Assembly: GCA_964016885.1 (NCBI GenBank)
Contig: OZ024743.1
Span: forward strand, 360,158,001 to 360,222,000
From: Eledone cirrhosa
Lineage: Eukaryota
Direction: 5' to 3'
DNA length: 64,000 nucleotides
The position numbers were made by a program, and so were the translations under genes. Under the pieces are notes generated by a model. That model made no database searches. It was not told the origin of the DNA and was given only the letters and a program-made list of their open reading frames with translations. Shown here piece after piece: positions 38,191-51,646 of the stretch (its first letter is position 1; the number at the start of each line of letters is the position of its first letter).

Positions 38191-38803
38191 GTAGATAAAT
38201 CAATTAATTATTAATATATTTCTTTTTTCTTTTTCTTTTTATTTCTAAATTTATAGATACATTTATAAATAGGCAGTTTGCTGACACCGCTAAATACTGA
38301 CCTCTCCCCCCCCCCCACCTACTTTCTGTATCTGGATCTAAATATGTGTGGCAGTGTTTATGTGCGCGCATTAATGTCCATATGCTTATGATAATAGTAT
38401 ATACACATATATGTGTGTGGGGGTGTGTGTGTGTATGTATGTTCGTGGTTGTGTGTATGTTTATGCGTATACGCGCGTGTGTGTGTGAATGTACGTATAT
38501 GTGTGAGTATATGAATGTGTGTATATATTTATTTTTATACTTATATGTTTATATGCGTATACGTATTTTATCTGTAGATTATAAACATACAGAGACATTA
38601 GCCTTGAATTTTTGTATTTACATACATCTTTTCGGCATGCGTATGCATGTGAACATATATTTTTATGCATATCTGTGAACGAAGTTACTTACATATATAC
38701 ACACACCTAACTGTATAAACTTTTTTGTTTTCATTGGTCAATTTGAACTCTGTTCCCAAACAGACCTGTAATTTTGAATTGTTGTTATTATCAATAAATA
38801 TAT

Positions 38804-38957
38804 TTCATTATTTCTGAAGACGGCATATATATGTGTTGGTATGTATATTTAATTTTGATAGTTTGTATAATTTTGTATAATTTTGTACATAGATCTGTTG
38901 AATATGCATGCCAATTCTAACACATATATATCCTAGAAACGATCGTTAAATAATGAA
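38804..38957 (+). ncRNA. Type I hammerhead motif with greatly extended stem II, in a PLE terminal remnant
   Basis: ttcattattt-CTGAAGA-[~115 nt; atatatatgtgtt/aacacatatatat pair]-GAAA-CGATCG-TT-aaataatgaa, with a perfect 10-bp stem I. Confidence 0.78.
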
Positions 38958-39011
38958 CTTTTTTTGTTTAATATAAGGAACTGTTTCATTGTTTTATTCA
39001 TTATATTTTTA

Positions 39012-39044
<33 letters not shown>

Positions 39045-39050
<6 letters not shown>

Positions 39051-39262
39051 AAGGAAATGTGGTAAGGAACCAGATGGACCATAACGCACCAAAGTACTCA
39101 ATACTTAGGGTAGTATAGTGGGTAATAGGAACGAGTAGGACCCCGACGGGTGAGCTCAAGCCGTTACGACGGCTAATTCTGGACTAAATGAAAATGTTCA
39201 TTTAGTCCAGAATTAGCCGTCGAAACGGCTTGAGTTCAGCCATTGGGGTCCTACTCGTTCCT
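39045..39262. mobile_element. Fold-back copy of the 2520-2669 family between (TA)n tracts
   Basis: ~65-bp inverted arms centred at ~39194. Confidence 0.7.
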
Positions 39263-39350
39263 ATATATATATATATATATATATATATACCATCTATGTT
39301 GAAGAGGCTCTGTGTATGTGTATTCTCCTCTGTTCTTTTATATTTGTAAA

Positions 39351-39382
<32 letters not shown>

Positions 39383-40061
39383 TATATATATATATATACA
39401 GAGAGAGAGATAGAGAGAGGGAGAGAGAGAAAGAGAGGGATTCACGCAGGTAATGATATCTATAGGCGCATGTTCATATTTTATGAATGCATTTATAGGA
39501 TTCCTTTCGTATATTCCTGACATAATAAGCTTATTTCTGCAGCATATCTCAGTATACTTGGCATGTCAAAATGAATACGCCTTGTTAAATTCATAATTAC
39601 TGAAACTATACATAATAGATAAGGACCAGAAGACAAAATACAATAAACTTGCACAAAGGATTACAAGGGAAGAAATCACAATACGTAATACTATCTGGCG
39701 TCGCACCACTGTAGAGAATTGGAAAAGGTAGAAACAATGAAAATATCTAAAGATTAAAAAAATCCTTTAACGAAGTTTAGGTTTCGTGTAAATATTTTCA
39801 ATCAATATATGAACACGTTAAGAGAAACGCATCTAAATAGTTTTGGTTTCTGAGAATACAAAAACTAAGTCGGCCGCCCCGTCAATATTTGAAGTAATCT
39901 AATTTTACGCAAAAGGAGACCTTTCTAAATCTAATGCAAATATACTGAAAACAAAGCTATATAAGATGGTTACAAAAAGGATTTTGAAATGCTTTGTGTA
40001 GAAGGCAGAAATTTCATTTTTATATGGTTTGTAAGGATAAACTATTCTTTAAATAATAGTT

Positions 40062-40245
40062 ACTACTTCTGGTACAAAGCCATTAATTACCCCAGTGCAT
40101 TACTGGTATTTTAGTTTATCGACCCCGTAAGGATGAAAGGCAAAGCTAACCTCGGCGGGATTTGAACTCAGACCTTAAAGGGCCGTAACTCTATGCTTCA
40201 AAGCATGGCACCCGACCCTCTACCAATACTGCCAATCCACCGCCT
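40062..40245 (-). mobile_element. tRNA-derived SINE, family A
   Basis: Collinear with 8871-9058. Confidence 0.85.
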
Positions 40246-40564
40246 TCTTTAAATAATAAAGAATATTTGTGGCACAATGGAATACATTTGATGGTACTCT
40301 TATTATCACTAACATACTTGCGGTGAATCGAAACCTTCGTTAGCGCGTCGGATATAAAACCTTGCGATATTTGTTCCAGCTGTCTGTACGCTAAGTTCAA
40401 ATCTTTAGACTAATGCATAAGAAGATAATCAAAGAGTCTGTGTTTGGTGACATAGAGACTTCATAAAATATGCATAACTGTGTTTTATTGTTATATATTA
40501 GCTAAAATTTAAACCTTGACGTACATTTTTTCGACATCAACAAATATATACACACATGAATAAA

Positions 40565-40670
40565 TATCATCATCCTCCTTAGGGCAGTGTCACTCGTGTA
40601 GCAGCAGCCTCTCCTTGGACTGCCTCCAGCGACATTGGTTACGGGCCAGCTTTGGCCTCTCGGGTCCCAA
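40565..40670 (-). mobile_element. Probable RTE 3' tail fragment
   Basis: KLARNQCRWRQSKERLLLHE* followed by a short (GAT)n tail. Confidence 0.4.
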
Positions 40671-41738
40671 TTATATATATATATATAGAGATATATATAT
40701 ATATACACTATATACAATATATATATATATAGATACAGATAATTACACTAACCGTTATGTACCTATGACACCAGATTTTCTCTTAAGGATCACAAATATA
40801 ATTTTAACGAAAGCCCCTCTATTAGATTAATATGCCTCTCCACTTCAGATATAGGTAGAATTAGCAAAGTGATTCTTGATACCCGAACTTAATAGTAATG
40901 CTAAGGTCCGTCTCTGTAACTATACCGACCAGGTCATTAAATGGTTTACAGATCTACCTGATAAGGCATCTCTGAAATTTATGAAGTTCGACATAGACAA
41001 TTACTACGCTTCTATTTCCCCTATACTCTTAAATAAGGCATTCATCTCAGGTAAATCTAACACTAGTTTAACTAAAAAAGAAATAGATATAGTGCTTGCA
41101 GCGCGAGGAACCATTGTTCATTTCGAGGGTTCCTACTGGATCAGAACCAACCCTCCTGATAACTTTGATATCACGATGGGGTCAAGTGACTCTGCACAGA
41201 GAACTGACCTGGTCGGAATTTACCTCCTGCACAGACTTAGAGACGAGATCATTGGGCTACAAGGAGGTGTATATATAGGAACGATGCCCTATTTACCGTA
41301 AAGAATCATAGCCCCCGTAGGATAGAGAACCTTAATAAACATATACACAGATTCTTTAAATCCTACGGCCTCTCTGTAACTATAGACCACAACCATAATA
41401 TAGTTAATTTCTTAGATGTTACGTTAGAATTAGGTACCGGCTTATACAGACCATACCACAAGCCAGGTGAGGTCGTTTCCTACATCAACTATGCATCTAA
41501 CCACCCTAAATCTACGCTCAACTCTATTGTGTATAGCATCTCACATAGAATCTCTAGGCTTTCTGTTAATGAAAACCCCTTCAACCAAACTGCTGATTAT
41601 TATAACAAGGCATTGGCTGATTCAGGTTATAACAGCAAAGTTTCATTCCTCCACGACCAGTAGGACCAGTGTTATAGCGAGCCATACTTATAACCAACGC
41701 CACAGCGACCCTACAAGCATAAAAAGTATTAGAAGAGC

Positions 41739-42040
41739 TAATAATTGTTTCTACTTTTGGAACAAGACCAGCAATTACCCTGTACATTACTGGTACTTTA
41801 TTTTATCGACCCCGGAAGGATGAAAGACAAAGTTAACCTCGGCGGGATTTGAACTCAGAATGGCAAGGGCCGTAACTCTATGCGTCAAAGCATGGCGTCC
41901 GACCCTCTATCGATACTGCCAATTCACCGGATCTGCGCAGACTCGAGAGGAACGAAGCGTGCATGCTCCGGTGGATGTGTAATAGTAATGTACGTGAACG
42001 GCAAATTATATATGAACTAAGTGAGAAATTAGGAATAAAT
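41739..42040. mobile_element. Composite insertion: SINE family A (minus, 41739-41929) fused to an RTE RT fragment (plus, 41930-42040)
   Basis: The SINE is collinear with the other copies. The adjacent DLRRLERNEACMLRWMCNSNVRERQ matches the RTE at 50200-51606. Confidence 0.8.
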
Positions 42041-43938
42041 GCCACTAGCTACGGCCCGCATCATAACCATAAAGCTAGCCGTTAATAATAGTAGTAACTG
42101 CAGCCTACTTGATTTATTCCCCGCTTACAGGCTTAATAAAGTGATGGTTTATTACCTACACCTTCTAACCCGCCTAGGGTAACCCTGAACCGCCGGACTG
42201 GGGGTGTCTGTGCACTCAGGCATAATGCCAACAAAGCACACATGATACAGCAGCCCTATAGCCTTGAAGGCAATAATCCCCGTAGTAACCCCAGAACTAC
42301 GCGTAATCGCAACCGTAATGTCCTATGGTTCCATCCCCCCTACTCTCGGAGTGTGGCCTCCAATTTATCCAGTATCTTTTTCGACGCCTTAGAGCGGAAC
42401 TTTCCACCTAACCATAGACACAGAGAAATCCTCAATAAGAATAACGTAAAAAGCTCCTAATCTAGCCGACCTCATAGCAATAAGTAACCACAGCAAGCTC
42501 ACTGTAATACAACATGATAGTAATAAGATGTTTAGGGAATATGTCATCCCGGGTAACCGTAACAATTCTCTCGCCCCGCACGATAACGATAGTAGTGACC
42601 AGAACAGGTATATTAGTATTAGCAGTATATTACACAATAGCACCACATTAGAAACTAACTGCTGCACCAGTAGTGTGACCGACGACAGGGTTAGAAACCA
42701 TTATAGCTCTAACAACGACTGTAGAAGACGTTATAGCACGAGAGGTGGGCGTGGCACAATTTAAGCGTGTTTATAGCTATAATAATGCCAACTAGAACAA
42801 TGGTAGCTATGATGATGGTGATAATAATAGTAATACGATTAACACCAACGCTCACCACCTTAGAGGTAACAACAAAAAACATTGCAATTGTCGTAACCCT
42901 GTAAACTCCGAGGCTACTGCTTGACTAGAAATGTTATCTATAGTTTCACTGTTACTAGTCCTAATAGTGTTAAGTCTTACATATGAGCTACTTCTGGGGC
43001 GTTCAAGACCAGATTTCGAGCACGTCTCCACTCTTTTAGGAATAGGAAGCTTAGATACTCTACTACCCTCGCTAATTATATTACCCAATTAAATGACTCT
43101 AACATTAGCTACACCACTCATTGGAAAATTGTGAACCAAGCAACAACATACAATTTTTAAAAAAGCTGCCAAACTTTGCCTAATAGAACGGTATTATATA
43201 GTTCAAGTACCCCAAGAGCTCATACATAGTCGGGCTGAAACTGTCATTAATTGCTGCTATCGACTACAACAATCTTTCTACAGATGGACCCCAACAACTG
43301 TCTAACCACCATAACACCTGATGCTCTCAACACCACACCCTGTCCTGACTTACCGGCGGTAGACTTACAATTAAATAACGTGGAATAACACCATCATCCA
43401 CCCTCTGTTTTCTCACCAGGAAGCCGCACTGCGTATATTCAGCCGGGCCTACCCCGCTATATTCTTCCACTTGGCCAGACCGGTCTTTGGGTAATATTAT
43501 AGAATTGCTGCCTATACCCAAGCAACTTCTTAGACAATTAATCATATGAATATACAAATTCTATCCAAATTGATTAAATTTTTCTAGGCCTTCAGATTCG
43601 CACCTAACGTGCCCCATTACACAAGTTAGTGTGTAGTCTTTAACGACTTTACTAATTATTCATACTCACACCTTAACACAGCCTCATTTACACTGAGTTG
43701 ACCAACCTTACTTATGTTAATTCCTTTTAAATAATAAAATAAAACTGTTTACATAGTTGGTAGAGGTCATTTGTTAGAGAAGAAACGTTATTATAGCACC
43801 GGTAATTACCTCTCTTAGCATACTAATCTATTCCTACCGTGTTTTATACTTAACCACGTATATTTAATATGCGCTGTGATGTAAATTTATTATTTTGCCC
43901 GAATTGGGTATATAATTAAAACTTTGCCTTAATATCTG

Positions 43939-43975
43939 CCTCAGACGAGCCCCATTGGGCGAAACATGTGTAAGA
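43939..43975 (+). ncRNA. Decayed hammerhead motif at the 3' end of the PLE
   Basis: ct-CAGACGA (U4>A)-GCCC(catt)GGGC-GAAA-CATGTG-TA-ag. Confidence 0.6.
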
Positions 43976-44029
43976 AATTTATAAAGATATGATTTAACGG
44001 CTTATAATTATATCATTAATTATTTTGCC

Positions 44030-44112
<83 letters not shown>

Positions 44113-44379
44113 CGTTGGGCTACATGGTACTAGTAGCAGACTGAAACCTGTCACGACATATCCTCTTTCATAAGCCCAAGTAGAAACCCAGAGGAAGCCC
44201 AGCAACACAAATACAAAAGTTGTTAAAGAGCGGAAAAACTACACAGAATCAACGGCCATCCACCCCAACTATGTTTTAAATAGCCTCACCAACCTACAAT
44301 TGCCCAAGCGTGGTGAGTAAGGATACGCCCACTGAAGGGGTTAAATTCCATGACAATAACGCTTGTTATCATCGTAACT

Positions 44380-44918
44380 GTCCTAATACCTTGCCTTGGT
44401 TTGCATTGGCTGCTAATTTTCGTATTACTAATTTGTTTTGTTTTTATTTTTTTAGATAAGTAATGCTTTAACAGTATAGCATAGTGATAAATAGAAATTT
44501 CCTTCTTGAAATTTTCCCAATCCAAAGTTAGAAAAGATCCGGAAGCTACTGATGGCGATCCGATATCACCAGTCAAGCGCAAAACGCAAGCACAAGGTCA
44601 TAATACAATCAGAACGCCTAAAAGTGTAAAACAATGTTGAGAAATTAATCGGTAAAGCCCCAGGAAAGTCAATCAGAGCCATCGCAAATGACCTAAAGGT
44701 TTTAGAATGCCCCATCATAAAAGTTGTCCATGAAGGTATCAGATGAGTTATGCTCAGAGGCCAGTTTATTTCGCATCTGACAAAATAAAATCGTTTGGTC
44801 CATCTAGAGCGTTTACTAAATACTATAAAACATTAAGAAGCTGGAATGGTTCGGTTCCTTTCTGATGATAAGAATTTTTTGATTAAGACCAAAATGTAAA
44901 CCGAAGAAGCGATAGATG

Positions 44919-44921
<3 letters not shown>
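44380..44921 (+). pseudogene. Tc1/mariner (maT/DD37D-like) transposase relic
   Basis: Broken frames give PGKSIRAIANDLKV, MLRGQFIS, an FSDEK-like segment (ttctgatgataagaat) and [11 protein letters not shown]. Confidence 0.6.
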
Positions 44922-44975
<54 letters not shown>

Positions 44976-44978
44976 ATG

Positions 44979-45037
<59 letters not shown>

Positions 45038-45040
<3 letters not shown>

Positions 45041-45400
45041 TAAACGGAATAGAAAATGCTGACAAATTGTTCACAGTTGAAAAATGGTTTAATTAGGAAT
45101 AAAAGAGTATTAGTAATTGTATGGGTTAGTATTCAGTTGTGGTTTCAAGTTTTTTAAGTTTTTACCGGTTGCGCATTTCTAAATGCTTTTCAAAAATAAT
45201 TTTGAGATAGAGTTTCCGTGTTGTTTGCTCTGATCTGATTAGTTTTGGGAATTCTACCTGTTTTTATGTTAACAAAGTGGCTCCGGCGCTACTTTGGTGT
45301 TGCAAAAATTCTTGTGGTCAAAACAATTTTGATTGGTCGGTAGAGGTCATGTGAATAAAAAATTGATTTTGCGCCAATACTGAGAAATGACTCTTTCACA
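45038..45400 (-). mobile_element. PLE-like terminal fragment (same family as the 54824-55240 palindrome)
   Basis: Collinear with the left arm at 54824-55010; begins at (TA)n. Confidence 0.6.
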
Positions 45401-45520
45401 ACAAATATGTGTGTGTGTGCGTGTGTGTAGTAGTAGTAGTAAGGTGTTCGATGTTGTGATAATTGTTAACAGGGATGTGTGTCAAATGGTTATTAAGATA
45501 AGTGTGTGTGTGTGTGTGTG

Positions 45521-45617
<97 letters not shown>

Positions 45618-45885
45618 GCAGATTAATTCGTGGTAGCAGGGATGGTCAGTAGAAATGTGTCTGTAAGCAGTGGGGGGTATTTTAGCATGTCAAAATATAT
45701 TTTTCAGCTTTTGTCTTATACGGAGAAGTGTGTGTGTGTATAAGTCTCTTTGCATGTTAATGTACGCGTGTGTATGTGTGTGTGTGTATATATGTGTATA
45801 TATGTGTATATATGTCTATATATATATATATATATATAAATGAAAAGTATAGAAATTGTTGTAGCGAGAAGCTAAAATATATATA

Positions 45886-46066
45886 TACCCATCTATCGCT
45901 TCTTCGGTTTACATTTTGGTCGTAATCAAAACATTATTATCATCAGAAAGGAACCGAACCATTCCAGCTTCTTAATGTTTTATCGTATTCAGTAAGAGCT
46001 CTGCATGGACCAAACGATTTTATTTTGTCAGATCCGAAATAAACTGGCCTCTGAGCATCATTGCGT
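45886..46066 (-). repeat. Inverted duplicate of 44745-44921
   Basis: Reverse-complement match ending at the same (TA)n boundary (cgatagatgggta). Confidence 0.85.
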
Positions 46067-46109
46067 GTTTTCAAATAAAAAAGACGAAGTATATATACAT
46101 ATATATATA

Positions 46110-46449
46110 TATTGAGAAACACACAGATACATGCGGACACACACATATACATGAATATATCCACATCCATCCTTGAGTTAATGGTGCCAACCTTAACCGA
46201 TGTTGCTCTATGAATAACTGGGACAAACCAATCCGAATGGATTAGACTGAACCAGTATCAGAGCTAAAAGTACATTATGAAGAGAGAAGAAACATTTAGA
46301 TATAATTAGTAATAAGATGTATCATACCTAAACTGCTTCTAGATTCCTCGACTACGTAGTTTCGTGCCATAATCAAAAACATTAGAAGCAGTTTAGGTAT
46401 GATACATCTTATTACTAATTATATCTAAATGTTTCTTCTCCCTTCATAA

Positions 46450-46455
<6 letters not shown>
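46110..46455. mobile_element. Fold-back copy of the 6490-7197 family
   Basis: Collinear with 6495-6770; ~70-bp inverted arms. Confidence 0.75.
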
Positions 46456-46499
<44 letters not shown>

Positions 46500-46506
<7 letters not shown>

Positions 46507-46870
46507 ATACTTGGGGAGGGTCATATTTGTGTAATATTGCCAGAATTAATAACAGAACACACTCATTGTTTGGTTGGTTTTCGCTTTTCGCTTCTGTGTC
46601 TTTTATATCGGTAATCTAATATACTCGGTCCTCAATGTTGCCATTGACTGACCGACGGTCAAAAATACAGATACAATATAGACACAAACATATATATATA
46701 GTTTATCATAAATCTTTCGTTGCACATCTGCAACATCGTCAGTGGTGCCATTGTTTCCTCCTGTTGAATTGTATGGCTACGCCATTTTTATTCAGTCTGT
46801 CTATATATTTATTTATTTATTTGCTTGTTTGTTTATTTTATTTTGTATATATATACTTATTTTATATATA
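46500..46870 (-). mobile_element. Copy of the 17018 family, with hammerhead at 46704-46747
   Basis: Collinear with 17018-17390. Confidence 0.75.
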
Positions 46871-47588
46871 TATACTTCGTTTTTTGAATTTGACAACACA
46901 CAAAAACAGGATGGTGCAGGACAGAACAAAGGAGAGACACAAAATGAAATCCCAATTACTTAGGAGGTCAAAGAATTTGTGACGAAAGAGCTTTGACAGT
47001 ACATAAACAAACATCCGGATATTAAACCGACCAAACGGAAACTAATAATAAATTGAAATGAAAACAAGCATGTATATATATAGCAAATATTAGACAAGGA
47101 GTATTATTAAAACATACAATAGACGCACGACCGTTTCACATGACTACCCAGGAATTAAGGAATGGCATATTTGAAAGTATAGCTCACTAGAATCCAATTA
47201 TATTGACATATTTTTTTGTTTTGCTGTTTGTGCTGTTCACAGCATATAAAGGGAACAAAAATATTTTCATAGTAAAATAAAATGTTTTCGTTCATAGCAA
47301 TGATCTCAAGTCTTATATGTTTTCATATACACCCCTAATTACATATTCAATATGCGAAGTTGTTAATAACAACGATGCCTGAAATAGTAATTAATATTGT
47401 TAAATGTTATAATATTTACGTTGAGTAACAATAGATATTTCACTAACTATAACATTTGAAAAAAGACAACATAGACCAAATAATAAGCTTGTTATGCTAA
47501 TGGTAAATAACATATGTGTATCGTGAAACGTTACTTCAAAATGTATATTAAATGTACGTTAAAAATGATGGAAGCATATAACAGAAAT

Positions 47589-47670
<82 letters not shown>

Positions 47671-47672
47671 GC

Positions 47673-47729
<57 letters not shown>

Positions 47730-48231
47730 TAACTCATGTCTATAGAATCAATCAGATATTAAAATATATACTATTTCTTCTTCTAATCAGCATAATTACC
47801 CATATACATAATCAAATCTAGCAAGCTTTAAGAATAAATTTTCTAACGGGGAAATTTCCGACAAATAATTGATCGCAGCCAGTTCGCGGTAACTTCGTTC
47901 ACTATTTATCAAACACTTCGGCAGCATGCAGAATCCGATCAAATATATCGTCAACCGCACGTAATTAGTAGTAAAATTACACTTAGAAGAAATGCGCACA
48001 TACCGTAATTATATCTCTACCATGGTTTCTTCCTTGTTTAGGACATCCAAATAATATGGATATGCTTTGAGTCAGGAATCATCAGGAGACAAACTCAGAA
48101 ATAGATATTTAATTTCTCAGACCGACCGTGCCAAATTTAGATTCAAAAATGGCTAAGATCGCTATGTAGCTATGTACCAGCCAGAGAGAAAGCGTATATA
48201 TATATACACACATATATATATATATATATAT

Positions 48232-48900
48232 AGTTTTAAAATAGATGAGATTCTAGAGGACTAGAACTGTTTCATTCTTTAGAAATCACCAGGAATCTGG
48301 CTGTCCAAAATAAATGTTTTGGTATTTATATCGTTTCAGGTTGTAGGAGTGGGTGGGGAGTGGGATGGGTGGAGTCATTGGTTGAAAGAAAAGGGAAATC
48401 ATTAAAAGCTAATTCTTTAAGGCTATAATTTATATTTAGAGTGACAAAAGCAGAAAGAATTCTATAAACAAATTCAAATTGAGGTGCCAATCCTTATTTT
48501 TAAGTTTCTCTTAAGCTATCAATGCCTAAATTTCAGGTGTCTATAAGATCGTTGGGGGTCCGTCATGGTTGATGGATTTAAAGAAAAGTGAAATTCGTTA
48601 AAAGCTAATCCTTTAAAGATCGACTTAGAGTGACAACGGCCAGGAGAAATCTATAAACCAGTTCAAATATTGGGTGCCTATCATTAATATCAAGTTTCTC
48701 TTCAGCTAAATTTCAGCTGTCAACTTTCAAATACCTCAAGCCAGTGTTAATTCCCAATGGCTATAAACGACTTCCTCTTTCTTTTCTTTTTTTAACGTCA
48801 CCCGACAAAATAGCCCTCTACCTCCTTCTCACCCCTCCCCTACCCCTTCTCAACCTGAAACACGGCACTATGGCTATGTAAGTACCTCATACCTATGTGC
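48232..48900 (-). mobile_element. PLE terminal remnant with decayed hammerhead (48249-48297), same family as 61550-61723
   Basis: Reverse complement of 61553-61650; core reads CTGGTGA; ~190-bp-period internal direct repeat at 48390-48720. Confidence 0.6.
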
Positions 48901-49060
48901 ATTTTCTGCTTGTAGAGCTGTATTTATGTGCCTGTATATATGCGTATATTTATGAGTACATGTTTGTATGTATTTGTATGCGTCGCCGTTCGTTTGTATG
49001 CGTATCGTTGTCTATACGTGCGTTCATATGTACCTGCATATTGGCATGTATGTGTATGTT

Positions 49061-49099
<39 letters not shown>

Positions 49100-49180
49100 G
49101 TATATGTATGTATATATATACATGTATGTATGTGTGTGTGTGTGTATATGTGTATATATGTATATATATATATGTGTGTG

Positions 49181-49220
<40 letters not shown>

Positions 49221-49315
49221 TATACACACACATATATATATATACATATATACACATATATACACACACACACACACATACATACATGTATATATATACA
49301 TACGTATACATATAC

Positions 49316-49371
<56 letters not shown>

Positions 49372-49373
<2 letters not shown>

Positions 49374-49686
49374 CGGCGATGAATTAGTTTTGCGAGGTTT
49401 TTTATACAATACAGTACAACAGGAGGAAACGATAGCACCACTGACGATGTTGCAGATGTGCAACGAAAGATTTATGATAAACTATAGATATGTGTTTGTG
49501 TCTATATTGTATCTGTATTATTTTTGACCGTCGGTCAGTCAATGGCAACATTGAGGACCGAGTAAGTTAGATTACCGATATAAAAGACACAGAAGCGAGA
49601 AGCGAAAATCAACCAAACAGTGAGCGTGTTCTGTTATTAATTCTGGCAATATTACACAAATATGATCCTCCCCAAGTATAACAATA
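49372..49686 (+). mobile_element. Copy of the 17018 family, with hammerhead at 49436-49479
   Basis: CTGACGA-t-GTTGCA(gatg)TGCAAC-GAAA-gatt-TA; lies between (TA)n tracts. Confidence 0.75.
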
Positions 49687-49770
49687 TATATATATATACA
49701 ATTGAAGATTCAGCGAGAACCGAATTTCGGCGGGCAGGAAAAGCGAAGCGAAACGCAAAAATCAGAAATG

Positions 49771-49804
<34 letters not shown>

Positions 49805-49840
49805 GTGTATATTTATGTATTTGTGTGTGTGTGTATATAT

Positions 49841-51605
49841 ATCATCATCATCATCATCATCAACGTTTAACGTCCGTGTTCCACGCTTGCATGGGTTTGG
49901 ACGGGGGTAGTCCCACTTGAGGCAAGAGTGATTGTCTTGCTCGCATAGGACTGTCTGGCAGGTTTTCTACAGTTGGATGCCCTTCCTAACACCAACCACA
50001 TTTACAGTGTGGGTCTGGGAGGTTTTTACCGTGTTGCCTACACGGCCACATTACAGCGTGGACTGTGTGTTTTTTTGTCGTGACACCTACACGATCTCAT
50101 TTGTTTCGGCCCGGATGGCGCGGCACCAACATAACTTTACATAGGACGGGGTGGTGTGGATGGGGTGGGGGTGGTGGTGGTGGGACGGGGTGTATTTTGT
50201 TAGAGATGCCTACTGGCAAGGCGGGTCTTCTCTGTTACTGAGTACCGCCAAAGGTCTCGGTCCAGTGACATTGTCTTGGAGAGGTGTAAGTGTGTGAGGT
50301 CGGAGTTTATCAGCTCGTCCCAGGTTTTTCTAGGTCTGCCTATTCCGTGGCTACCGTCTATCTTTATTGCCCTGCACTTTGTTATACAGCTATCGACTTT
50401 CATGCGCATCACGTGTCCATACCAACGTAGCCTTCTCTCGAGTAAACAACATCTGATCCCTCTTATCTCTAATTTTTTCCTTAGTTCGTTTATGCTTTGC
50501 CGTTCACGTATATTACTGTTACACATCCAGCGGAGCATGCAAGCTTCGTTCCTCTCTAGTCTGCGTATATCCTCTGCACACAATGCCCAGGTCTCACTGC
50601 CATGCAACATTGCTGTTCGTATGCAGGCATCGTACAACCTGCCTTTCATTTTTAGGGAGAACCCTTTAGCAGCTAATAGTGGTATAAGCTCTCTGAACTT
50701 TTTCCAACCAGTTCTGACTCTAGCTACAGTACTTTCAGAGCACCCTCCCCCACTGCTGATTTTATCGCCCAGGTAACGGAAGCTGTCCACTATTTCTATA
50801 GAACCCTCTGCGCAATTGAAAGAGCTAGTATTGTGTGGGCACTTGCTGCTACTTATTGCACCAGAACACCGGCCACATGTAAAATCTATGTTCTTAGTTA
50901 GCTTACCTGTGATCCCACTACATCTTTTATGCACCCATACTTTGCATTTAGGACACAAAATGGAGTTTCTACCTACGCCTTTCCTACACACCGAGCACGA
51001 CCATTTCCCAGAAGGGACCGCCGCCTTGTTTTCTTTCCTACAAACTAGAACTTTGGTCTTAGCCAGGTTAATTTTAAGTCCTTTTGACTCTAGGCCGTGC
51101 TTCCATGTTTGGAATTTCTTCTCTAGCTCGGCCATTGATTCCGCTATGAGTGTCAGGTCGTCTGCGTATAGGAGTTCCCATGGGCAGCCTGTCTTGAACT
51201 CCTCTGTTATAGCCTGAAGGGCAATAATAAATAGTAGGGGGCTGAGAACAGAGCCCTGATGGACGCCAACTTTTACGCTAAACTCTTCACTATATTCGTT
51301 GTTAATTCTAACCTTGCTGACTGTTTCTTTATACATGGCTTGTATAGCCCTCACAAGCCATTCGTCAACGCCTAGTTTTCTAAGAGCCCACCAGATAATG
51401 GAGCGGGGGACTCTGTCGAAGGCTTTCTCCAAGTCGACAAAAGCTAAGTAGAGGGGTTTACCTTTAGCTAGGTACTTCTCCTGTAGTTGTCGTACTATGA
51501 AAAGAGCGTCTGTGGTACTTTTGCCTGACACAAACCCGAACTGCATTTCATCTAGGTCAATTCTCTCTCTGATTAGTTGCGCTATTACTTTTTCTGTGAC
51601 CTTCA

Positions 51606-51608
<3 letters not shown>
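49841..51608 (-). mobile_element. RTE-clade LINE, 5'-truncated, with 3' UTR and (GAT)n tail
   Basis: Open RT frame, ~340-nt 3' UTR, (GAT)n tail and (TA)n flanks. Confidence 0.92.
50200..51606 (-). CDS. RTE reverse transcriptase (partial) with embedded PHD-like finger
   Basis: 468 aa; FVDLEKAFD, QGSVLSPLLF, LYADDL, CSVC..CPKC..HKRC..CGRC, FRYLG, GRPRKTW. Confidence 0.9.

Positions 51609-51640
<32 letters not shown>

Positions 51641-51646
<6 letters not shown>

Larger units (their letters stand above)
40745..44030 (+). mobile_element. Naiad-type Penelope-like element, 5'-truncated and decayed (RT + linker + GIY-YIG + terminal repeat)
   Basis: FMKFDIDNYYASIS, FDITMGSSDSA..DLVG, VNFLDVTL..YRPYHKP..SNHP, WFHPPYS..FPPNH and CNCR. 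Hammerhead-like motif at the 3' end; flanked by (TA)n. Confidence 0.9.

Noticed and set aside
44862-44875. CTGATGA resembling a hammerhead core (also inverted near 45940)
   Set aside because: It is the FSD(D/E)K-coding segment of the transposase relic, with no stem II/GAAA/stem I partner.
47796-47999. 67-aa minus-strand ORF with a possible splice donor
   Set aside because: No recognisable motif and no independent support.
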